Source of the DNA: Treponemataceae bacterium
GTDB taxonomy: Bacteria; Bacillota; Clostridia; Lachnospirales; Lachnospiraceae
Length of the DNA: 64,000 nt
Assembly: GCA_963599255.1 (NCBI GenBank)
Contig: CAVBWS010000002.1
Location: forward strand, 6,578-70,577
Direction: 5' to 3'
Under the pieces are notes generated by a model. The model did not search any database. It had not been told where the DNA came from and saw only the letters and a list, made by a program, of their open reading frames with translations. Of this stretch, positions 34,638 to 42,681 are shown one piece after another (positions within the stretch are counted from its first letter, which is position 1; each line of letters opens with the position of its first letter). The position numbers and the translations under genes are program-made.

Positions 34638-35558
34638 TTATCCGCCTGTTTCTACGCGGAATCCCTTCTGTTCCAGATAGCGTTTCCACTGCTCCAACTC
34701 TGTTGTATCTTCTGCAGATTGCCGAAGTGCTTTTTTCTCCGGCAGCGCATAATCTCTTCCCAACCTTTTGTATTTATCTTTCCCCAATTGATGAAAAGGC
34801 ATCAGATGAATTTCCCGAACAGCGGTATCCTGTAAAAATGCTGCCAGCATCCTCAGATTTTCCTTTTGAAAATTAAGTCCAGGGATTACCGGTATCCGGA
34901 TAATGATCCTGCTTCCGTGTTTTATAAGACGCCGCAGATTTTCCAATATCAGGTCATTCGATACACCCGTTAACGTTTTATGAATCTGCGGATCCATATG
35001 CTTCAGATCATACAGAAAAAGATTTGTATACTCTGCTGCCTGCTCCAAGATTCTCCATTTCGTATTACCCGTGGTTTCCACTGCCGTATTGATATTTCGT
35101 TTGTAACAGTTCTCAAGGATCCCAATTGCAAATTCCTCTTGCAAAAAGGGTTCTCCTCCGGAAAGGGTGATGCCGCCTCCAGATTTTCGATAATAATCCC
35201 TGTCCCTTTGTACCTGTGCCACAACCTCCTCAACAGACATTTGTTTTCCCACCATGCGAAGCGCTCCGACAAAACAATGTTCCGTACAGATACCGCAGTT
35301 GTCACATACAGTCCTGTCAATCTGATTGCACCGCTGACCCTCGAAAATCGTAATAGCATGCCGCGGGCATACAATAATGCATTTGCCGCATTTGATACAT
35401 TTCTGATACCTATATTCCAGTTCTGGAAAAGTATGCTGGGATTCCGGATTGCAGCACCAAAGGCATCGCAAGGGACAGCCCTTTAAAAATACCACCGTCC
35501 GAATTCCAGGTCCGTCATGAGTTGAATATTTCTGGATATCAAATACTGTTCCTTTCAT
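34638..35558 (-). CDS. Glycyl-radical enzyme activating enzyme (radical SAM, with two auxiliary ferredoxin-like clusters)
   Basis: CPLRCLWCCN is the CxxxCxxC motif. CIKCGKCIIVCP and CDNCGICTEHC are the auxiliary clusters. GGGITLSGGEP is the SAM motif. Confidence 0.9.
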   Translation of the reverse strand: MKGTVFDIQKYSTHDGPGIRTVVFLKGCPLRCLWCCNPESQHTFPELEYRYQKCIKCGKCIIVCPRHAITIFEGQRCNQIDRTVCDNCGICTEHCFVGALRMVGKQMSVEEVVAQVQRDRDYYRKSGGGITLSGGEPFLQEEFAIGILENCYKRNINTAVETTGNTKWRILEQAAEYTNLFLYDLKHMDPQIHKTLTGVSNDLILENLRRLIKHGSRIIIRIPVIPGLNFQKENLRMLAAFLQDTAVREIHLMPFHQLGKDKYKRLGRDYALPEKKALRQSAEDTTELEQWKRYLEQKGFRVETGG

Positions 35559-36352
35559 CAGGTGTTAAATTCCGGATTTTCTTCCGGCTTATAAATGTAC
35601 GGAATCATAACTTTGCCACCATCAATTAAAATATTTTCTGCAGTGATCCAGCCAGAATATTCATCACTTGCCAGTACCACGCACATGCGCCCATGGTCCT
35701 TATAGCAATCACCACAACGTCCCAGTGGAATAGTTTCCGCAATTTTATCTGCTACCTCATGCATAAAAGTATTCATACCGGTAGGGGTTGGTCCCGGAGC
35801 AATAGAATTGACACGGATATGATGAGGAGCCAGTACCCCAGCCAGTGCCAATGTTATCGCTTGTACACCGCCTTTTGATGCGCTGTAACCCACGCCCTCC
35901 GGAAAGCAGGAAGAAACGGCCTCTGAAGAAAAATTCACTATAGAACCGTGCACCTTATTTTCAATCATGGTTTTTGCAACAATCTGTGTCACGATGAATA
36001 CACTCTCCAGATTTATCTTCACTTCCCTTTCAAATTCCTCCACCGTCTGCTCAAAGAAATCCTTCCAGTAAATTACACCGGCATTGTTGATCAAGGTTGT
36101 AACCGGTCCAAAAGTGTCGATAGTAAGCTGTACCATCGCCTTTACGCTTTCCGGATCCGTTACATCTACTCTGGTCGCAATCGCTCTGCCGCCCGCATCT
36201 GTGATCTCTTTCGCAACGTTTTTTGCATTTTCCTCATTAAGGTCACATACCATAACTGCTGCACCGTGATCTGCCAAGGCCATAGCAACGCCTCTGCCGT
36301 TTCCGCGCCCACTTCCTGTAACGATAGCCACCTTGTCATTTAACTGTAACAT
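35558..36352 (-). CDS. SDR-family oxidoreductase
   Basis: VTGSGRGNGRG (TGxxxGxG variant), NNAG and YSASKGG (YxxxK) motifs. The stop shares 1 nt with the activase start. Confidence 0.9.
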   Translation of the reverse strand: MLQLNDKVAIVTGSGRGNGRGVAMALADHGAAVMVCDLNEENAKNVAKEITDAGGRAIATRVDVTDPESVKAMVQLTIDTFGPVTTLINNAGVIYWKDFFEQTVEEFEREVKINLESVFIVTQIVAKTMIENKVHGSIVNFSSEAVSSCFPEGVGYSASKGGVQAITLALAGVLAPHHIRVNSIAPGPTPTGMNTFMHEVADKIAETIPLGRCGDCYKDHGRMCVVLASDEYSGWITAENILIDGGKVMIPYIYKPEENPEFNT

Positions 36353-36406
36353 CTGTTTCTCCTCCTATTTTTATGTTCTCTATCGTGTTTTCTTTTTTGT
36401 ATCTCA

Positions 36407-36479
36407 ATTATAAAATCCTGTTCCTTTTTCTTCGCTGACACATGTCACATAAAGTCGATTATTTATATGACAAATGTCA
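36407..36479 (-). promoter_or_regulatory. Promoter/operator region of the GRE operon: -10 TATAAT plus two TGACA-NN-TGTCA palindromes
   Basis: On the minus strand TATAAT lies at 36412..36407. Palindromes TGACACATGTCA (36436..36447) and TGACAAATGTCA (36468..36479) are 32 bp apart. The proximal site ends 23 nt upstream of the -10. Confidence 0.5.
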
Positions 36480-36576
36480 CAGCAATATCAGAGTTAAAAA
36501 AACGGGATCCTGATAAATATCAGAATCCCGAAAAAAAGGTAGGGCATAAAAGCAACCTCGCTTTTACCACAATATA

Positions 36577-37779
36577 TTATTTCCATGTACCTGCTCCTGC
36601 CACCAGGATCTCCTGAGGTACATGGCTTAACCGAACCGCTCCATTTATTCCTGTCAGGAAGTTGTCGCAGCAGAATATGTATGCATCCTCAGTAATTCCG
36701 AAAGGATGAATAGCAATATTCATGTTTTCTTCTATCCGCATTGTCTCCGCCTCATAGATTACCGGACGTTCTGCCAACTCATAACCCTGTCCATGAGAGA
36801 AGATCATTCCACGGTTCGGATAATCCCGCTCTCGCATAAACCTTTCGTTGAAGGCTGCTATCTCCTTCGGCGACGCACCTTTTTTCATAAGAGCGGCCGC
36901 TTGCTGCTGTGCTTCTCTGGCGATTTCCCAGCCCCTTAGCAGCCGTTTGGAAGGTTCACCGATACAGATAGTTCTTCCTACCTCTTGATACATGCCGCCC
37001 GGTCCGCTGACCTCCAGCATCACCAGTACCTGATCTCCCGGCTGCAATATCCGTTTCATCAGATAGTCCATTTTATGAGACGCCGGCATTCCCATGGGAG
37101 CTGAACCTACCACGATCATCTGCTCCTCGCTTCCAAGTTCCACCAGAAGATGCCTGATATCATTTGCCACCTCATACTCACGTCTTCCGGGACGCACAAA
37201 GGCAGGAACTGCTGCAAATGCAGCATCTACAATATCAGCTGTCTTTTTTATCAGTGCAATTTCTTCTTCACTCTTAACGCACTTGATGCTGTCAGTTTCT
37301 TCTGTAAAATCCACAAATTCCGCATCCGGAAGCGACTCTTTCAGACAACGCCAGGTAGCCGCAGACATGGCAGCAGGTGCTATCAGACCAATTTTCTGAT
37401 ATCCTCCATTTTTCAACACAGCAACAGCTGCATCACCATCTTCCCGATTGGTATAATGTATCCCACGATAATAAGGAAGCACAATATCCTCACGAATGCC
37501 GCGCATCATCCATGACGGCAGGGTCAGAGAAGGGATATTGCCCTCGGTAATAATGGTCATCTCTTCCTCCAACGGAAAGATTACCGTAATAGGGGTTCCG
37601 AATTTTGTGGGTATATCCGTAAACCAACGAACATAGCCACACATGAAGGATTCACTGTTTTGCAGTACCAGACAATCCAACCCAGCATCTTTCATTTTTC
37701 TTCTGACAGCTCTCCAGCGTCTATTTAACTCCTGATCCGATATCGGATATAATGCATTTTCTAATAATTCCCTATCCAT
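36577..37779 (-). CDS. M24-family (Xaa-Pro peptidase/creatinase-fold) hydrolase
   Basis: 400 aa with an N-terminal creatinase-like domain (DAGLDCLVLQNSE) and a C-terminal pita-bread region (FSHGQGYELAERPVIYE, MNIAIHPF). Confidence 0.7.
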   Translation of the reverse strand: MDRELLENALYPISDQELNRRWRAVRRKMKDAGLDCLVLQNSESFMCGYVRWFTDIPTKFGTPITVIFPLEEEMTIITEGNIPSLTLPSWMMRGIREDIVLPYYRGIHYTNREDGDAAVAVLKNGGYQKIGLIAPAAMSAATWRCLKESLPDAEFVDFTEETDSIKCVKSEEEIALIKKTADIVDAAFAAVPAFVRPGRREYEVANDIRHLLVELGSEEQMIVVGSAPMGMPASHKMDYLMKRILQPGDQVLVMLEVSGPGGMYQEVGRTICIGEPSKRLLRGWEIAREAQQQAAALMKKGASPKEIAAFNERFMRERDYPNRGMIFSHGQGYELAERPVIYEAETMRIEENMNIAIHPFGITEDAYIFCCDNFLTGINGAVRLSHVPQEILVAGAGTWK

Positions 37780-37792
37780 ATCTTGTCTCCAT

Positions 37793-38761
37793 CTATTCTG
37801 TTTTGGACTCTGCCAACTTCTTTTTATCCGACCTGAGGTTTATCCCCTCTGTACGAATGGTGATAAATAAGATCACCATCAGCAGTATTCCCTCAATCAG
37901 TTCTGAGTATTCGCTGGACGCAATTCCCATCAGCTTTAAACCATTTTCAATAATAACAAATACCAGACATCCAATGATCATCTTATAGGTTGAAGCGGTA
38001 GAACCACCTTTTACAAGGATACCTCCTACATAGATCGCGATCAGAGAACGCATTTCAAACATAGTACCCATGGAAGTTGTCGTACCTCCGCTTCTTGCAA
38101 TGATAAACATTCCTGCAATCGCGGCAGTCAGTCCAGAGATCATAAAGCAGATTATTTTCAAACTGATCACTGGCTTTCCAACGCTGACAGCCAGCACTTC
38201 ATTTTCACCGATTGCCTTGATATCCCTTCCGAATGAGGTACGTTCCAGAAAGTACCATGAAAACGCAAGCACCAAAAGCAGGAATGGAAGTTTAATACAA
38301 ACCTTATCAATAGCCTTGATAAATGTGCCGGCATATGTAAGTCCCGTAAAGCTTTGAATATAATTTATAATACCCCTAACCCCGATCAGCATAGCAAGAG
38401 TTACCATGAAAGATGGTACCTTGAATTTTGCGTTGATGATGCCATTTAAAGCACCTAGTCCAATGCCTATCGCAAATGCAGTAAGCAGCATCAGCAGTAC
38501 ACTCCCCGTTGCTGTAAATACAACATCTCCTACTACAGCGCTTAGTCCTGCGTTAACGCCTACAGAAAGATCACTGCATCCAAGTGCTACCACAAAAATT
38601 GCCCCACTGCACAAAACCAGCAGCACCACGACCTGATTCAACAAAGAATTCAAGTTAAATGGTGTAAACATTTTCCCTTTAGTCAGAATCCCAAAGAGCA
38701 GCAGGATCACCACCAAAGTGATAAAAGGAACCAGTTTTCGTATATCGATTCTATTCTTCAT
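37793..38761 (-). CDS. Ribose/monosaccharide-type (CUT2) ABC transporter permease
   Basis: 322 aa, RbsC-like polytopic protein. Its ATG shares 1 nt with the ATPase stop. Confidence 0.85.
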   Translation of the reverse strand: MKNRIDIRKLVPFITLVVILLLFGILTKGKMFTPFNLNSLLNQVVVLLVLCSGAIFVVALGCSDLSVGVNAGLSAVVGDVVFTATGSVLLMLLTAFAIGIGLGALNGIINAKFKVPSFMVTLAMLIGVRGIINYIQSFTGLTYAGTFIKAIDKVCIKLPFLLLVLAFSWYFLERTSFGRDIKAIGENEVLAVSVGKPVISLKIICFMISGLTAAIAGMFIIARSGGTTTSMGTMFEMRSLIAIYVGGILVKGGSTASTYKMIIGCLVFVIIENGLKLMGIASSEYSELIEGILLMVILFITIRTEGINLRSDKKKLAESKTE

Positions 38762-40266
38762 CAGACCATCACCTCGATCAATGCTTCCTGGGTAAAATTC
38801 TCTCCCCGTATAAATTCTCCTGTAATTTTTCCGTCCTTCATCACCAATAATCTATCCGACATGCCCAACAGTTCCGGAAGTTCATCCGAGATCAAAATCA
38901 TGGAAAGTCCTTTTTTCTTTGCTTCTGCCATAACATGGTAGATATACGCCTTGACACTGACATCCACTCCTCGGGTCGGGCAGTCCAGTACCAACACATT
39001 CAGATCTTTTAAAAGCCACCTTCCCAGGTTGACCTTCTGCTTATTGCCGCCTGAAAGGTCCGACATACGCTGTCCCGGTCCGACGCATTTGACATTAAAT
39101 TCCTCGATTCCCTTCTGCGCAAATGCTTTCAGTTTGCCTGGCCGCAGATACATTGCCTTTCCCTGCAATTCCTGTGTTGATGGAAGGACGAAATTGCTTA
39201 GTATCGTATCTGAGATCATGAGAGCTGCTCCATCTCTGTCCTTTGGTACATATGCCATACCATGTTTTTGTGCCGTAACAGCATTGTTGATTTCGACATT
39301 CTCCTGCATGCACAGGCGAACTTCTCCCTTTCGTCCTTCAGAAAGTCCAAAAATCGCCATACCTACATCATGGATACCAGAGTCACTCAGTCCGCCAAAT
39401 CCCAGGATTTCTCCCTTGTGAAGTTCAAAAGAAACCCCTTCCAATGCATGCGGGACCTCCACATTTTCTACCTTCAGCACAACCTCATCCTCATAGTTTG
39501 CTTCCAAATCTTCCCGATAGTATGCAGAATTAACCTCTCGGCCTACCATCAGACGTTTAATCTCATCTACCGTCAGTTCGCTGCTTTTTCGATCTGCTAT
39601 GATCTTGCCATCCCGCAGCACAGTAATGTTATCGCACAGCTCCAACATTTCCTCTAGGTCATGGGTAATGATCACAATGGTCTTACCTTCACTTTTCAGA
39701 CGATGGATCAACCGATAGAGCATTTCCCTGTTATTTTGAGACAATGACTGGGTCAGCTCATCCAGAATCAAAATGTCCGGATCTTCAGACAGCGCCCTGG
39801 CAAGTTCCAGCATTTTCCGGGATTCGATATGCATTTCCGAGCAGTCTCCGTTCAGAGGGATTTTCATCAGCCCATATTCCTCAAATATTTCCTCTGCCTT
39901 CCGATACATCTTCTTGATGTTCACGAAGCCATATTTGGCAAAACGATCCCAGCTTCCCGCAAAAACATTCATGCCTGCAGGCAGCGTGTTCAGTACGCCC
40001 AGCTCCTGCACTACAATGCCGATCTTATTCTTTTTTGCATCTAATGGACTTTTGGGATCATAAGATTTTCCATGTAATGTAATGGTTCCCTCATCCTTTA
40101 GATAAATACCGGCTATCTGCTGCAAAAGCGTGGATTTTCCAGATCCGTTTTCTCCCGCCAGTCCTCGTACTTCACCCTTTTGCAGTGAAAAATCAATATG
40201 GTCATTGGCGATAGTCGGTCCAAAATATTTGCAAAGTCCTTTTACCTCTAAAATTGTTTCCATCAT
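38761..40266 (-). CDS. Sugar ABC transporter ATP-binding protein with two fused ABC domains (RbsA/LsrA-like)
   Basis: 501 aa with GENGSGKST and a second ABC half containing LSGGNKQK. Confidence 0.9.
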   Translation of the reverse strand: MMETILEVKGLCKYFGPTIANDHIDFSLQKGEVRGLAGENGSGKSTLLQQIAGIYLKDEGTITLHGKSYDPKSPLDAKKNKIGIVVQELGVLNTLPAGMNVFAGSWDRFAKYGFVNIKKMYRKAEEIFEEYGLMKIPLNGDCSEMHIESRKMLELARALSEDPDILILDELTQSLSQNNREMLYRLIHRLKSEGKTIVIITHDLEEMLELCDNITVLRDGKIIADRKSSELTVDEIKRLMVGREVNSAYYREDLEANYEDEVVLKVENVEVPHALEGVSFELHKGEILGFGGLSDSGIHDVGMAIFGLSEGRKGEVRLCMQENVEINNAVTAQKHGMAYVPKDRDGAALMISDTILSNFVLPSTQELQGKAMYLRPGKLKAFAQKGIEEFNVKCVGPGQRMSDLSGGNKQKVNLGRWLLKDLNVLVLDCPTRGVDVSVKAYIYHVMAEAKKKGLSMILISDELPELLGMSDRLLVMKDGKITGEFIRGENFTQEALIEVMV

Positions 40267-41222
40267 TTCACCACCTTCTTTACGCCTCGCTGTGCCATGA
40301 TACCAAATACAATTACGATCAAGCCCAGCACAGCTTCCTGCAGAGTTCCGGATGGAACACCTGCAATGGTCAGCATATTAAAAAGCGCATAAACAAAAAG
40401 CGAACATATAGGAACACCAATTATGATATTAATACGAGATTTTAAGACTTGTGCCAGCATAACAGCCGCAATAGGCTGAAAGATCATAGTCATGCCGGTA
40501 AGTCCACTCTTAATATTCATACGTGAATTATAGCTTTCATTCAGGAACGCAGAACAACCCACAAATATTCCCACAATGATACCCACGAGTAAAATTGTTT
40601 TTACAATGTTAATACCCATGGCTTCGGAGATGCGCTGTCCGCTTCCCAGGGAGCGGACCTTCAGTCCAATCGTTGTGTAATTATAAAGAACATACGCAAG
40701 AATAAAACCAACGAAAAATACAACATAGATCATAGGTGCCCTTGCAAGTTCCCGCATATCCTCACTCAACTGGGCGATAGATCCTCCATGGGAGAACTGA
40801 TAATTGGAGTAAAAAACTCCGACCGCCTCATAGACCATTACCATGCCGATGCTGACAATCCACGACGGAATCCTTGATTTGGCAAACAGCAGAAAATTGA
40901 TCATGACACAGATAATAGATACCACCATGGCTCCCAGAATGATCCCAAAATATCCCAGTGATGTTGAGCCCAGAATGCCGGCTGCATTTGCAGCAAGGAT
41001 TACAATTGGGCCTAACGACATATCAGTAAAATCACAGGCAAATACAAAGCACAGTGCCCACCCCAAAAAACACGGAATGATCGCATGTGGAAAAAGCGCA
41101 AGAATGTTATTGCTTGTCAGGAATATCCGTCCGGTAAGAAAATGAAAAACGATACATACCACAGCAACCAATGCAAGAACGATCACAAGACGGACGATAC
41201 TTTTCTTCTTTTTTGTCTCCAT
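40263..41222 (-). CDS. Ribose/monosaccharide-type (CUT2) ABC transporter permease
   Basis: 319 aa, polytopic and RbsC-like, with a 4-nt overlap with the ATPase gene. Confidence 0.85.
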   Translation of the reverse strand: METKKKKSIVRLVIVLALVAVVCIVFHFLTGRIFLTSNNILALFPHAIIPCFLGWALCFVFACDFTDMSLGPIVILAANAAGILGSTSLGYFGIILGAMVVSIICVMINFLLFAKSRIPSWIVSIGMVMVYEAVGVFYSNYQFSHGGSIAQLSEDMRELARAPMIYVVFFVGFILAYVLYNYTTIGLKVRSLGSGQRISEAMGINIVKTILLVGIIVGIFVGCSAFLNESYNSRMNIKSGLTGMTMIFQPIAAVMLAQVLKSRINIIIGVPICSLFVYALFNMLTIAGVPSGTLQEAVLGLIVIVFGIMAQRGVKKVVK

Positions 41223-41285
41223 AAAAATCCACCCTTCTCCTTAACGAGGTCGGTACTGACTCGCACCGGCCTCGTTTTTCTATAG

Positions 41286-42383
41286 TCAGTCTGTGCTTGT
41301 CTCTATACCGTAGTTCTCGATAAATTCCACGAAGGTCTCATATGTTGCATCGTCTGCAATAAGCTCTGCGAAATGCTCCGCCGTAAGAGGATGTCCTTCC
41401 AGATAATATTTAGAAAAATCGTCTGCATTATCTGCTGTAATAACAAACGGAACCACATTGTTGAAATGCGGAGCATTTCCGTCTTTGTCAGTTATGCGGT
41501 TGCCTTTTGCATTATTGATAAGCAGTGCAGAAGCGATAGGGATAACGATCTTAGAACCGCTGTCCGCGTAAGCGATCGTTCCATCTTTAATATATTGGAT
41601 ATTTTCTGCTGTTGCACCGGATACATATATCTTTAAATCCAGATCACTGTGATTATTCAGTGCCGCAATAGCTGCTACTGCATAGTCACCTGAAAGAGCA
41701 TAAATTGCTTGTGCCTGTGTGTTAGCGATCAGAAGATCATCACATTTCTGAGTTCCTTCAGAAGGATCCGTACATCTGGCAGCTGCCATCAGGGTTCCTC
41801 CTCCTTCGGTAAACGCATCTGTAAATCCTGCCACGCGCTTGTCATGAATTGTATCTCCTACTGAACCGCCCAAAACCAGAGCCTGTGTATAACCATCTGC
41901 CAGCATATTCTGTGCTGCCTGTACACCTTCTGCATAGCTATCTGTACCTACACAACCCAAATAGTATTCATTTTCATTGAGCATTGCGAGCACTGCTTCA
42001 TCATTAGGGATCTGATCAAACATGGTAAAATACGTACCGGCCGATTTCAGGATGGATGAAATCTGCTCATACGCAGCCGTATTCCATCCATATATCAAAA
42101 GCCCGTCATAGCCTCGGCCCGCCATTGTTTCCACATTAGACATCTGCATATCTGCAGTAAAGTTGTCATTGTAAATCTGGAAGGTATAACCAGCGTTTTC
42201 AAAATTGTACTGCATCTCACTGACGAACAGATCCAGTGCAGCACCTCCCTGTCCTACAATGTCTCCCGCAAAGCTGTAGTCTGCCGCCTTTGTAATCTGT
42301 GCATTTAGACCACTTGCAGATACCAAAATTACCCCCATAGCAACCGCAAGAATCTTTACCGAATTTTTTCTTGAAATTGTCAT
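41286..42383 (-). CDS. Periplasmic-binding-protein type I (RbsB/LsrB-like) sugar-binding protein
   Basis: About 365 aa from the ATG at 42383, about 6 nt after GGAGGA. It has a signal/anchor sequence but no lipobox Cys. Confidence 0.8.
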   Translation of the reverse strand: MTISRKNSVKILAVAMGVILVSASGLNAQITKAADYSFAGDIVGQGGAALDLFVSEMQYNFENAGYTFQIYNDNFTADMQMSNVETMAGRGYDGLLIYGWNTAAYEQISSILKSAGTYFTMFDQIPNDEAVLAMLNENEYYLGCVGTDSYAEGVQAAQNMLADGYTQALVLGGSVGDTIHDKRVAGFTDAFTEGGGTLMAAARCTDPSEGTQKCDDLLIANTQAQAIYALSGDYAVAAIAALNNHSDLDLKIYVSGATAENIQYIKDGTIAYADSGSKIVIPIASALLINNAKGNRITDKDGNAPHFNNVVPFVITADNADDFSKYYLEGHPLTAEHFAELIADDATYETFVEFIENYGIETSTD

Positions 42384-42452
42384 CTCTGTTTCCTCCATTT
42401 CATCCATAAAATAATTTTTCCAGCCTTCTCTGGTTCCCTTCCTTACAGCATT

Positions 42453-42526
42453 ATTCTACTGCAGCGGATAATGTCACAGCTATGACATATGTCATAGCAT
42501 TAATAAAAAAATTATGACACATGTCA
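42453..42526 (-). promoter_or_regulatory. Promoter/operator region of the ABC-M24 operon: -10 TAGAAT plus two TGACA-NN-TGTCA palindromes
   Basis: On the minus strand TAGAAT lies at 42458..42453. TGACATATGTCA (42483..42494) sits inside the perfect 16-bp palindrome TATGACATATGTCATA (42481..42496). TGACACATGTCA lies at 42515..42526. The spacing is again 32 bp. Confidence 0.5.
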
Positions 42527-42681
42527 CATTGTTAAGCGATATTTACAGTCAGCTATACTTGCATCTATCAGTCGGATCTGCGACTTGTACTCATTAAAAT
42601 GTTTGCCGACTGATGCACAAAAAAAGACTTTTGCATTATTGATATACAAAAGCCTTTTTATACTATATTTATATGCTATTT

